A stretch of DNA of 32,141 bases from Catajapyx aquilonaris (Eukaryota): NCBI GenBank assembly GCA_000934665.2, contig JYFJ02004443.1, positions 1 through 32,141 on the forward strand. The letters are read 5' to 3'. A program made the position numbers and the translations under genes. Each line of letters opens with the position of its first letter. Within the stretch, counting starts at the first letter, position 1. The notes under the pieces were generated by a model. It had not been told where the DNA came from. It saw only the letters and a list, made by a program, of their open reading frames with translations, and did no database searches. This document shows positions 1 through 11,204 of the stretch, in pieces.

Positions 1-221
1 CCCTTCCCAGCAAACACACACTGATCCACTTCCTTCTTGAGGCCGCCCTCGTATGCTCGTGGTCCTGTCAAAAAGGCTCCTCCCATCAGCAGCAACAAGC
101 AGAGGATCCATCTCCTTCCCTTTACGCTGTCCTTCCGGGCAGCCATGGTCCTTGTCGAGCTGTGTGCTGAACCTGGACCCCTTGGCAGAGCCGCCCGCCA
201 TTGGACTACGTCGTTCCCCAT
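1..221 (-). pseudogene. Open frame running off the left edge; possible N-terminus of a non-LTR (CR1/L2-type) ORF1
   Basis: ATG at 221 reads MGNDVVQWRAALPRG...WILCLLLLMGGAFLTGP... with no stop before the window edge. The MGxxxxQWRAA start and the hydrophobic LLLLxGG stretch resemble arthropod LINE ORF1 leaders. The similarity is weak. Confidence 0.25.
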
Positions 222-509
222 TTTCTCGACCAATGCCGAAAGTAAATTATCAGTATCCGTTCGCCCTGACCATAATTAGGCGGTAATTAACACTGATCAC
301 ACTCACCCTTTGGACGGGTGTGGCCCCTGGGGAGGCCACTACAGCCACTAAACCAGGCCTTTGCCCAGGAGGCCAACCTGCCCTTGCGTCCTGGTTATAT
401 GCACCCTAGTACGGAGCTCGATTTTTCCCACGTCTTGTCTGGTCAAGCGTCGGTGGAGAAGTGACACATTAATCAGAATGGAAACATTGTAACATTGGTA
501 TCAACTTAC

Positions 510-975
510 GCTCGGAATCCCACGACATCCTTCAAGAACATCATGCTCTCGTAGTATGCCCACTTTTCCTTATGAATACATCCCTGGCCGCTGTAGGTTT
601 TTTGTTCGGCGAACTTGGTACGGAATGTATCCAGGAGGCTTTTCCACTGTTTCTTACACTGTGCCACCGCAACAAAAAGAAACAGATTTTAGGAAGGTAA
701 AGTATTTTGAGGGTTTTGTCCTGTCCTTGTGAGGGTGTGTACACTACGCGGTACGAGTTTTGTACCTGTCGTTGTACCTCGCAGGATAGGAAAAGGCGTG
801 AAAAATACCTCATGCAAGGGTAGGGCCACACAGACACACACAAAATTCCCATATCGTACCGGTCATGTCCATGTGCTTTGCAACGTCCGCCCATGCCACT
901 TCCGTTTTCAAGCTTAAGCTTCTTTGGAAACGGGCCTTTATTTCCAGGAGCTGGCTCCAATTCCTCGATGCAAAA
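510..975 (-). pseudogene. Spliced MADF (Myb/SANT-like) domain fragment, of the kind found as a PIF/Harbinger accessory gene
   Basis: Exon ~975-860 (...KTEVAWADVAKHMDMT, donor GTACG at 859) joined to exon 666-510 gives VAQCKKQWKSLLDTFRTKFAEQKTYSGQGCIHKEKWAYYESMMFL, the MADF W...CKKxWKSLxD...SG...WxYYxxMxFL pattern. The acceptor is mutated (ttgttgcGG). A GTAAG donor follows at 509. Confidence 0.7.
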
Positions 976-2331
976 AAATTGCCTCCTCCCTCTGGGTAAC
1001 CCTGAGTTGACTCTGGACTTTCCAGTAATAGTTATGCTTATCATTTATGACCCACCTCTCGCCACATTTCTTCACGTACGGGATCTGAATACACAACATA
1101 GTTGTTAGGTCGTCGTACAAAATAACCTACAGACTAATTCCACGCTCATTACATACTTTTTTGGCTTCAAATGCTGCCTCGAATGTCTCGTACGCTGCTA
1201 CCTTCACCCCAGGGCACTTTATTTCTACCGTGGCGTTGTCAGCGACGAGACCATCTATTCAGGAAGAATAAGTATAAGCTCAGATAGTCGCTGTCACTTA
1301 TATGAGAAGAAACTATTTTTACCTGGGCTTGCAGAGAGATAGGGATATTCCTCGTCCACGACCAGACCACAACGCTTCACGTTGTAGCCGTGCTTATCCT
1401 GCAGCTCTCTTCGGGCTTCCGGTACTGTGTCCAGGCCGTGCCGCATGTCGGCTGTGCAGCCAGTGCCGTATATAATTCTGTGGGCTTTTTTTTTTTTTTT
1501 TTGCAGCTGGTTGTCGGCCTCATGTGGCACACTGTCCCATGGTGAGAGGCAGAGAGCCTCTTCCGTCTCTCCGTGCCCCAGAAGCTGGTGCGAAGCTGCA
1601 TTTGTTTCGCCTATATGAGCTTCTTCTTATCTTCATCCATCAACTTCAATTGCCTCAAGTAGTCGGCCTTTTTTTCCTGCAGGTCATCATTATCTGGAAA
1701 ATTTGTCATTCCCACAGAACCGTAGTCCTTGTCAGGTCCTGCAGAAACACGAGGCCGCTTCTTGGCTGCCTGATCAAAATCGAGCCTTCTCTTCCTTGGT
1801 CTGTTCAGCTCTTTTTTCTTTTGGGCCTCGTGCTTCTTCGTGTAAACCCTATACAAAGTGAACAATTATTATTACTGAGAGGATATCTGCACAAGTCATA
1901 TAATGACGGAGAGAGTAGATTACAAATTACCACGACTGTCACCATTTTGCAAATTCTTCTGGACTTGTGTCTGGAAATTGCCGGATGAATTTAGAGATGG
2001 CACAGCAGAGGCACAGCGTGTCTGAAAGGACGAGCCACCAGCATAATTTATCCTCTTGCCGTTGAGAAATTTCGCGGTGACGCTGTTGAAGGCCTCGCAC
2101 ATATTGTTTGAAACATTGTGTATCAAACTGTTGGACTCGTTGGAGAGCCTCTGCACCAGTCTCATTAATTCAGTCCACAATTCTCGAACTCAGACACCCA
2201 GTTCTGTTTCTTATCGTGTGCCCCAGGACCTCCGCAGAAATATGTTGCACAGAGATCATGACGACCGAATACATGGGATGCACTGTTGAATATGTCCTTT
2301 CGCAAGGCGACATCACGCTCACAAAGGGGAC
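976..2331 (-). mobile_element. Degraded, intron-containing Kolobok-type (Mutator-like) transposase C-terminus fused to a YqaJ/lambda-exonuclease domain (KolobokE-like)
   Basis: Transposase motifs LRKDIFNSASHVFGRHDLCATYFC and LIHNVSNNMCEAFNSVTAKFLNGKRINY. YqaJ motifs WGTERRKRLSAS and CGLVVDEEYPYLSASP. Removing GT-AG intron 1322-1255 restores SPDGLVADNATVEIKCP; removing intron 1156-1085 continues to HNYYWKVQSQLRVTQR. Frameshifts or stops occur near 2175, near 1610 and in the T-run at 1486-1502. Confidence 0.8.
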
Positions 2332-2463
2332 CTTGAGAAATAAAATTATATATTAGCTTCAACAGGACCTTTGTGCACCCATGTAGATCACATGTATGGC
2401 TACAAACCAGAGATGGGCACATATACTCTAAAAGTGTATATTATATACAATATACATATACAT

Positions 2464-4407
2464 TAGGGCGGCTCGAAAAACACTTTTTTTCGAAAGTTGT
2501 AGTTCGCTAGTGAAAAAAAGTTGTGTTGGGTGATCCTTTTGACAGGTAAAAAATTTGAGTCATGTGGGTTAATATCCTACGTCTCCGCCAGGGGCGTTTA
2601 TGACGCAACTTACGGGTTTTCATTTTTTGGTGTGCGAGTACACTTACCTGGCCTAAACATGAAAAGTTGTGGCCCTTTGGGGGTGAAATGTCGTTATTTC
2701 TGCTATATCTTGCACCGTTGACGAGATATTGACCAAAACCACAGGTTCAAACATTTTGTAATTTGCATGAAGACGCAGTGTATAGCTCATCGCTCATTTT
2801 GTCTAGAAATTCACTTTTCTGCAGCTCTTAGCTTGTTTTCGCCTATGTTATGACAAAAACAATTTCCAGGACCCGCCACGAGGAGGCGGCTGCATTTCGG
2901 GCCCCGCCGTGCCCATCCCTACCTCCCTATAGCTCATGGGCACTATAAGCCTAGCTATTCCTTCATTGGTTTATAGTCTTTTTTACTCTCAAATTGGGGC
3001 ATCTTCTTTCTTGACTCCAGCTTCGTGAGGACGTACCCGTGCCGCCTTTCGTACCCGCACACAGATTGAGCCGCCTCAGTGACCAGCTTAACTGTCCTCT
3101 CAACCGCTTCAGTGTAGCATGGGTACAGAATTCGAAGATCTTCACGCGCAGTTCCGCGCTCTATGATGTCTTTTAGTTGAGCTTCCGAGACTGAGCGCGT
3201 AACGGGAGGCTCCGTGATGGGCGTCTTGCTCCAGTCAATGAGGTGAGTATAGTCTGCAGCATCGAACCTGAGGAGTGGTACTTGAAACTCACGTACTCCT
3301 CCTTGAGTGGTTGCGACCTTCCTCGTTTCCAGAACCCGACATAGAGCCACGTGCCGCACGTCCTTCCTCTTGTCCGTCATCATAGCTAGCAGCAGATTTT
3401 CTGGATGCCCGAAGAATCCATTTCTTTGAATGACGGGATCCACTATGGCTTTCGTGTTCTTCTTCAGGAAGCGGGACGCCCTGATAATTTCCCACAAGTT
3501 CCTGGGACCATCCTCGACTAGAGGGTGTGTCTTAACAGTGCACCACCCAAGAGCATACACTTTAACCACGAACTCGGCGAGTGTCTGGAGGCCTCTCGAT
3601 GGTTTCACTGTCGAGACATACACACGCAGAATTCGGTTGGCTGTTGTCACCCACCTAGAGTGGGCGAGTTTTCCTGGAGCTCTTTCTGCAAGGCTGAGTG
3701 GAAATACTCCGGTGGAGATGGCGGTGCACATGTCGAATAGGTACTGCTGGTCAGTACTCAAATGCTGCCTGTCAATATCTGGCAGTGTCACTTTAATATT
3801 TTTGAACTTCACTATAGGAAGATTCTCACAATTTGCCAAGAGAGGCCAGAGAGCTCTTTTGGGCCACGGGTTGGTCCGTCAATGTGCTGAAACAAATGAC
3901 GGAGGGGAAGTTCGTTCCCGTGCAGCATGCACACAAACCAGTGCAATGATCGCTGACATGCTTCTTCAAGTCTCCGAATTACCCCTTTCTTCGGCCCTGT
4001 ATTTCCGGGTGTACCGTCGCATCCAGTTGCCACTAAAGCTTCGGTGCCAATGTTCTCATCTTGCAAAAATTGCAGAATGCTTCCAGATATATGCTCTGTG
4101 TCATAATGCAAAATTTTTGAACCTGTGGTTTTGGTCAATATCTCGTCAACGGTGCAAGATATTGCAGACATAACGACATTTCACCCCCAAAGGGCCACAA
4201 CTTTTCATGTTTAGGCCACGTAAGTGTACTCGCACACCAAAAAATGAAAACCCGTATTAAAGTTGCGTCATAAACGCCCCTGGCGGAGACGTAGGATATT
4301 AACCCACATGACTCAAAATTTTTACCTGTCAAAAGGATCACCCAACACAACTTTTTTTCACTAGCGAACTACAACTTTCGAAAAAAAGTGCTTTTCGAGC
4401 CGCCCTA
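2464..4407 (-). mobile_element. Complete hATm-like DNA transposon, internally deleted, 1944 bp
   Basis: Termini TAGGGCGGCTCGAAAA...TTTTCGAGCCGCCCTA. Near-identical inverted repeats at 2464-~2760 and ~4108-4407. The 8-bp TSD ATATACAT is present at 2456-2463 and 4408-4415. Confidence 0.9.
2955..4107 (-). pseudogene. hATm-like transposase, catalytic and C-terminal part only, with a frameshift near 3840
   Basis: Motifs GCDGTPGNTG, WFVCMLHGNELPLRHLF, HSRWVTTANRILRVYVS, IVDPVIQRNGFFGHPENLLLAM and PCYTEAVERTVKLVTEA. The N-terminus is missing and the frame runs straight out of the TIR. Confidence 0.85.
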
Positions 4408-4939
4408 ATATACATATACAATATACATATACTGTACTTATTTTCAAAGTATGTCTTTATGCAAACTCTATTAATGACTTGCATTATATTTACACTGATA
4501 TCAAGTTTTCTCATTAGACTGTGAAAATAAAATGCAAATAAATTATAAAGGAAATAAAACTGCGGATGAAAGTGAACACAATATTTATCGGCATAGTACA
4601 TAGGTACAATTACACTGGTCAACAAAATGGAGCTTTTTGTTCTCATCATAAATAAAAATACTTTTTTCTGGTTACACTTTGCACGCTGATTCCAAATATC
4701 TATTTAGTTTTTCTCTATCACGAACAGATTTTGAGATAAAGGCCCCCCTATATTTTGCAAATTTCAGGGATATATAAGATATTTGCCTAAGGTTGTGTTG
4801 TATGAATTTGCATCTCCCACCCTTTTAGTATGTTACCTCACATCTAAGTCAGTATTCACATATCCAATGTTTTATTCACTACAAGTATCACAACATTTTC
4901 TCAAAATCGCTGCGAATATGACTTTCTTTTAAAGACTTT

Positions 4940-6048
4940 CTGTACAGTGGTACAGCCGGTTTCGTCTAAGTTCCAGGTGTCTTCTGGCTTGAATTTACCA
5001 CGTATCATTACATCACGTAGGCCGTCAAAAAATTTCCCCACATTTACTCGATTGAAACTCGTGGCTCGGGAAAGACTTGTAGCCTCTGGGGTTCTTAATA
5101 TTAAGTGCTGGTGTCGCTTCATGAATCCATAATACCAATCAACAGAGGCTCTGTGTTCCCTTTCCCAAGTTGGTGGTATTTTTTTCCCCTTCCCAATGGC
5201 AAATTCGTATGCTAATTCCCGTACACCTTTTCTCCCAAGCCCATAATGCAGTCGTGAAGCAGTTTCGAGATATTCAGAAAGGGATTGTTCCTCTTCGTCG
5301 GAAAATATTTGACTTTGACGAAAGTTGGGCGTACAAGAAAGTTTTTTGGGAGCATCTGGAGGCCATGCCTTCTGTTTTGCAACGTATCGGGCTAGAGTCT
5401 GCTTGTCCACCCCAAATTTGTCCGCAGTTGGACGAGGTTTTTCATTCTGCTCTATCACGGCTTGCACAGCTGCTTCCATGACGTCAGCAGGGACTGGCTG
5501 ACGATCAGATTTCTTTTTCCAATACCTGGGCATGTTGTCCGGTACCCTAAACATACACATAAATCATATTATGTTCATATTATGTTCATATTCTCCAAGG
5601 GGGGCGACCCTGACATCTCATCAGTGGGGACACATGAGACGTCTCAGGTCTCCCCACCATGTGATGTCTCACGTCTCTCCACCATGTAGTGTAGGACTAA
5701 TCTCAGAAGTTGGTACCTTGAATTGCAAATGACTGTGCTGTGCCCGCCCCAATGTTGTCCCCGGCTACCACGTGTCCTTGGGAAATATCATTCACCAGAG
5801 GTATTTCCACTGCGGCTGAGTAATAGAGAATAATGTACTACTGTTGTGCATTACTTGGGGAGGCGAAAATAATACCTTACCTGTTTAATTTCTCCCGGTG
5901 GCACGCACAAACTGGGACTTAGGCCAGTCACTTAGCTCATATGAGCTGCCTCCTTCCTGCTCTACTCGAACGGCAAAGCTTGCCTACCTTTCGGATTTAA
6001 TGCACTTGTCTCACCTCTCCCCACGTCTCAACCCTCCCCACTCTCCCC
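4940..6048 (-). mobile_element. 5' half of a pogo/Tigger-like (Tc1/mariner superfamily) element
   Basis: TA at 6049-6050 is followed on the minus strand by GGGGAGAGTGGGGAGGGTTGAGACGTGGGGAGAGGTGAGAC. The same GTGGGGAnnnnTGAGAC motif recurs internally at 5625-5685. Likely start MPRYWKKK at ATG 5533. The protein has a psq-type HTH, a CENP-B-type HTH (ASVDWYYGFMKRH), RTPEATSLSRATSFN and the first DDE motif WNLDETG, then is truncated near 4940. Confidence 0.85.
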
Positions 6049-6050
6049 TA

Positions 6051-7310
6051 CTCATGCAGCATGGCCATATCTGTTCTGGAATCCTGCAAAAATCTTAAAA
6101 CTTCGAATTCTACACTACTTGGAACATCTGAAAGAGACGGACTATCATCTAAAAAGTCTCCCAGCAGATCATCATGCGATGAGCCATGACCATCATTTGA
6201 TTGGTTTGACAATATGCATGTGCCTGCTTCGGGAGTTTTTGCTGCACCAATTAACAGTTTGGTGAACCGATCATTATCATCCACACCTGCATTTCGCAGC
6301 CACCTCATCTTATACATCGGGTGAGAGCACGTGGCCGTGATGGCACTCTCGGAAAAAAAAACAACTTATCATCAAATGAAAAAATTGCACTAAATCGCAC
6401 TTCTAAACCCAACAGCAATGCATTCAACAAACCCGCACAGTGTGCCAGTGACGTTCTGTTTATCTGCAACATTTTTCTCCTCGTTGCATGCAGGACAGGA
6501 ATTAAATCCCCCAGAAAAGTGTTTTTCTCCCCCTGAAGTCTGTCCAGTGCCATGGCAATAGGCCCCATTACTTTGGTGTACTCCAATAAATACATCAACT
6601 GGCTTTCAGTGAATGGCGCGAGGCAAAGCTTCAACATTACTTGTGGCAACAATGGCTTGATCTTCTCAGATATTAAGTCACTGATTGCATCAAACATGGA
6701 GTTCCGACGTGTTGGCACTGGGGTACGGATGTTACACCCTAGGTCAGTGAATACTTCACATGTCTTTGGCTTTTTGTATGCGTTCCACAACGCATTGCAT
6801 TTTCCCATGGTGGTGTTGTGGATGCGTGAAACTGAAGCACTCTTCAGCCCCTTTTCTGCATCTGTTGTTGCTACCGGATTCAGTGTGTGGCTGGCGCAGC
6901 GCACTTGAAAGGGTAGAGAAGGATTGTTTTCTTCTTCCAGATGCTCCACAGCAAGATTTTCCTCGTCATCTTCATCGTCACAGTAGTCGTCATCGTAGTC
7001 GCCATCTTTGTTTGCTGAAGATACTGTGACTCCAAATTCCTGGAATGCCTTGGCGAAGTTACTTGCATTGTCCGTCACTGTTGCAATGATTTTCTCCCAC
7101 GTCTAATTCAAATTCAGTGAATATTTCTTCCAGTATTTCTGCTATTCTGTCAAACGAGTGTGTTCCTTGGAACCTCCTGCATGCAAGAGCCATTGACCTT
7201 CGTTCCAGTGTATCAGCGTCAATGAAGTGGGCTGTTACCCCCATAAATGATCGACGTTTCGCAGACCAAATGTCAGCTGTCGTGCAGATGTATTTTGAGC
7301 CGCGAAGAAG
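6051..7310 (-). mobile_element. hAT (Ac/ZBED-like) transposase fragment
   Basis: Motifs CTTADIWS, SFMGVTAHFI, LACRRFQGTHSFDRIA, TDNASNFAKAF, RCASHTLN, TRRNS (for TRWNS) and ALDRLQGE. Frameshifts near 7095 and 6310. The fragment is cut at a TA by the pogo insertion before the dimerisation domain. Confidence 0.85.
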
Positions 7311-8288
7311 TACTTCATGTATCAAAAGTCTGGTTTCTTCCCTGAAGTGTTCAGTACAAGAGTACTGACACTTTTGAGGGACAGCGATGATAGGATGCTT
7401 GTTTCTGGCATTTGTCATCTTCTCCTCCAATGTTCTTGCTCTTTTCTTTCCCTTTTGCGTTGAGCAACTTTGTGCCTCATTTTGCTGGTTCTCGGGCACG
7501 TCGAGGTCCTCCAAGTCTACCTCTCCTGCAAGAGTGCACGCTCATCAGTTTCACGCATCCAGCGGCACATCGCAACACAACGCCAGTGTCCTCCTCATGA
7601 TTAAAAACATCAATATTGTGCTCTAACTTTACCTTCATCTGCACTGCCTGCCTGCAGCTGCTGCTGAGGATAATCATTGCTTTCATTTATGCCTACGAGT
7701 GACAGATGCTGCAGCTCCTGATGATTCCCTTCACTAGCCCTACCTCCATCATGCTTCTTGCGGGCAGGGTCTGTTTTCCTGCGACATGAACATTGGCGTT
7801 GACAATACAGGCCATAATATGATATTATCAATCATTATCAGCGCCGTGACTTTTGCAGAATTTGACCGTGCCTATTTGCTTGGGCCTTTCGCTTCCTAGC
7901 ATGGCCATAATTCACAGCTGGGTCAAACGTCGAGTCACTTGATGACGAGGAATCATCAGGTCCAGCCTTCCATTCCGGGTCGTCATCACAAGAACAACTG
8001 TCAGAAAGGTCTTCTTCACGACGTCCTCCACGTTCAACGTCCTCCATGATTAGTGCGCCGCCATCTTGTCACGTGACCAAAAGATGCGAGCTGATTGGCT
8101 GAATGCATATATTGCTTTTTGCCTTTGCAATCCTTGTTCTTTTCGGTATATAACTCGTTTTGCCTTCACGAAATCTCGCCTTCGGAGAGACGTAGGACCA
8201 TAGCAAAAATGTCACGGGCATTCCCATGGCCACATCTACTCCATTTTGACCAGATATGCATATAATGGGTTTTGCCTTGGGAGGGGAG
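7311..8288 (-). mobile_element. 5' end of a Sola1-like element (terminus plus N-terminal exons)
   Basis: Acidic N-terminus (DDDPEW), then CQYSCTEHFREETRLLIHE, resembling the CxxxC...R..I motif before the Sola DDD domain. TTTTGCCTT is repeated three times near the end. The terminus is flanked by AAAT (8289-8292), matching the AWWT target of Sola1. Confidence 0.45.
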
Positions 8289-8763
8289 AAATACAACACA
8301 ACAAATAATTATAATACAAGGTGACTACCCCCTACTGGGCGCACAAAAAAAGAAAGGGGTATATGCTCCTGGCGTGTGCCCATTTTCTAGCATTTTTGAC
8401 CCATATATGCTGCTACTTCGGAGGGCCACAAGATCAGGTTTAATCTTAAATTTAATGTGTGCATTTGAAAGGTATTTTCGCTTTCTATGAGATGGTCATA
8501 CATATGTACAAGAAAATCCAAAATTTAAATTCAAAGTGGTTCCCAAAATTTTTATATTTTGATATTACTCATTAATCGACCCCTACTACTGATTTTGAAT
8601 GGCGCTTCAAATAATACGGGAAATGTTTGCTTGAGATTGCTGCCAAATCTGGAGATCAGAAATTCTATATGTGCCAAATATCAAAAGCATTTTGTGCGCC
8701 AAACGTATAAATCCCGTAAATTGGCAACAAAATTTCACAAAATAATATTGTTGCTCTTAAAAT

Positions 8764-9555
8764 AAATTAGATCAAAAACTTTCCCTTCGGTAAAAAAAAG
8801 AGAAGTAAGACCTCCGCGGTGGAATGAAAGTACTGAAACAAGGCAGGCGCACGTAAGACCTTCACCAATTGATTTAAGCTGTACCATAGGTCTTACTCAA
8901 GCAATTACCAATTTACTGCTCATGAAATCTCCTTTCTGAAAACAAATTTGTGGAATTTCTGTCGTACTACTAGTTACTTCTAACTTAGCAGTACCAGTGT
9001 AGTGCAATGGTACTGCTATAAGTTAGCAGTAACTACAGACCTATAGTTAATAATAATAATAGTAGTACTACGAAAATTCCACCCATTAATTTTCCATGAG
9101 CCACTCCATATTAGTGTTTTCTGACATTAGGAACTTCAAAAGCACATTGAATTTCTATGCGATTAGTGCGAATTATTGCCATGAAACATTCATGCAGAAT
9201 CGTCACCTCTTTTAGATGCTGATTTTAACTCTAACGTTTAATTTTTCACAATAAACGTTAATTGGTGAATTTAGAGGGGCTTTTTCGATTGGACCAATAA
9301 GTCTGTTAGAATGGGTTTAGTTTTTCCCCAATTTTTTATTTTCATAATAAACCTACTGCTCCGAGTAGTTTGCAGCAGTAATTTTTACGAGCCGTTCCAT
9401 ACAGTACTTGAGAATTGCTTGAGTAAGACCTATGGTACAGCTTAAATCAATTGGTGAAGGTCTTACGTGCGCCTGCCTTGTTTCAGTACTTTCATTCCAC
9501 CGCGGAGGTCTTACTTCTCTTTTTTTTACCGAAGAGAAAGTTTTTGATCTAATTT
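8764..9555. mobile_element. Unclassified MITE-like element with ~143-bp inverted arms
   Basis: 8764-8906 is the near-perfect reverse complement of 9413-9555. Each arm carries three GTAAGACCT motifs in either orientation. No unambiguous TSD. Confidence 0.65.
8950..9082. repeat. Imperfect long hairpin nested inside the 8764-9555 element
   Basis: TAGTTACTTCTAACTT-AGCAGTACCA pairs with TGGTACTGCTATAAGTTAGCAGTAACTA. The outer GTGGAATTT...GTACTACTA pairs with TAGTAGTAC...AAATTCCAC. Confidence 0.6.
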
Positions 9556-9775
9556 CAGTTCTTTTTTGACAGTACACATAACTTATGCTCTACAGTGTCT
9601 ACACTATACAGTCTGCACTATGAATGTATTGCAGACGATTTTCGTCGCTTAGAAGTCCCTAAAATTATTTTCACAGAGATAGTCGTAAAAAAACGAAAGT
9701 CGAGTGCTACCAGCCAACGGTTAGTCTGATTTAATTATTATGAAATAGCCTATACGCTAAAATATACGGAATATA

Positions 9776-11204
9776 TACATTGAGAACTGTACCAAACGAA
9801 TTTGCTGAAATCGTGGTACTTCGCAAGAATTCATTCAATAGGGGAGACTGGGGCACAGTGGACCACGGGGCACAGTGGACCTTTCCATTTTTAAAATCGA
9901 AAAAGCCGCCAAATTTTTTTCATCTGGTACCAAGTGAAACAAGTCACTGCCATGCTCCTGCCAACATGGCTGGCAACGGCTACCGATCGATCGATCGATA
10001 GATATCCAGCGAAATCGATTTGAAGATAAGTGAAGTAAATTACTAACCCACAGTTTAAATGCCACTTCAGGCGTAGATGTTGGGCATGAGCCTGATATAA
10101 AAATCTTGTGGAATGGTGCCGCCCTTTGTCCGTGAATACCGGAAGTTTGGTAAGTCTAACTTGCAATCGAAGTTACAATCATAGCATTATGTCAGTTGCT
10201 GCTGTCCGGGGCACAGTGGTCCAGTCGTTTGCGGGGCACAGTGGTCCATGTACCACTGTGCCCCGCAATGCACACTGTGTCCCGAAATGAACAGATGTAA
10301 AAAAATGTGAGACAATTATTTTTAAAATGTGAATTAGGTAGAAAAAGGGCAAAACAGTGATTTTGACAAACCACCCTCCAAATGAACAACTGTAATAAAA
10401 AAAGTGAGACAATGATTTTTAAAATGTGAATTAGGTAGAAAAAAGGGGCAAAACTGTGATGTTGACACAGTCCTCAAATTGAACAGCTGCAAAAAATGTT
10501 AGGCAATGATAATAAACTTCTTGTGTGAATTAGGGGTCCCAATCACTTCCGGACCACTGTGCCCCACCTATCGGGGTACAGTGGACCATTTGCAGGGGGT
10601 CGCTTCTAATTTTTTTTAAAGCCAATATAGTAGTGACTTATATTGCCAAGGAGTGTCTCCACCATGCCTGAAAATATGGGGTGTGTAGGTATAACAGGTA
10701 GGTATATAAAAATTCAAATGTGCAAAAGTGGTCCACTGTGCCCCGGTCTCCCCTACTTATCTGCGGCTTGCCTCCGTCACATCTGAAAACTCCCAACCGT
10801 GCTTAATTTTCGAGAAATGCGACGATTTCAGCAAATCAGTTCGTCTGGCACGTTACAATAAAATACGCATGTAAATGTCTGCAAAACCTGCGTAACGAAC
10901 GGACACTCGGACAGTATGTCTGTGTTTGCATGGAAATGCCCAGGACATGTATCTTTTCCAATTCCCGGACCCGCGGAAACCAACCCTAGACAATTGTCAC
11001 CAATGTCACTTACAACATTATTCGGGGCAACCCTTCAATTATTATCTACATTGAGAACCGTACCAGCCGAATTTACTGAAATCGTGGAACTTTCCAAGAA
11101 TTAAATCAATACTATGTGTGGCTTGCCTCTGTCACATCTGAAAACTCCCAAACTTATTTAATTTTCGCGAAATGCAACGATTGCAGCAAATATTAGTCTG
11201 GCAC
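9776..11204 (+). repeat. Two diverged direct copies of a ~160-bp unit; copy 1 is split by the MITE
   Basis: Copy 1 is 9776-9840 plus 10756-10851; copy 2 is 11046-11204. Shared sequence TACATTGAGAAC...TCACATCTGAAAACTCCCAA...GTCTGGCAC. Confidence 0.85.
9841..10753. mobile_element. Complete pogo-type MITE, 913 bp, with TA TSD
   Basis: 26-bp TIR GGGGAGAC(T/C)GGGGCACAGTGGACCAC. TA at 9839-9840 and 10754-10755. The GGGGCACAGTGG motif is repeated internally in both orientations, and a ~100-bp internal tandem repeat lies at ~10285-10535. Confidence 0.9.

Noticed and set aside
290..410. GC-rich hairpins (GTGGCCCCTGGGGAGGCCAC) as an HDV or hammerhead ribozyme
   Set aside because: I could not find the conserved HDV L3/pseudoknot pattern or the hammerhead CUGAUGA/GAAA core.
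3430..4173. 247-aa + strand ORF
   Set aside because: Antisense shadow of the hATm-like transposase; it has no motifs of its own.
2452..4419. 10-bp TSD (ATACATATAC) implying a MULE
   Set aside because: An alternative parse caused by the TATACA microsatellite. TAGGG termini, the 8-bp TSD and the transposase motifs fit hATm-like better.
9841..10753. Spaced GGGGCACAGTGG repeats as a CRISPR array
   Set aside because: Irregular spacing, both orientations, bounded by TIRs and a TA TSD, in a eukaryotic context.
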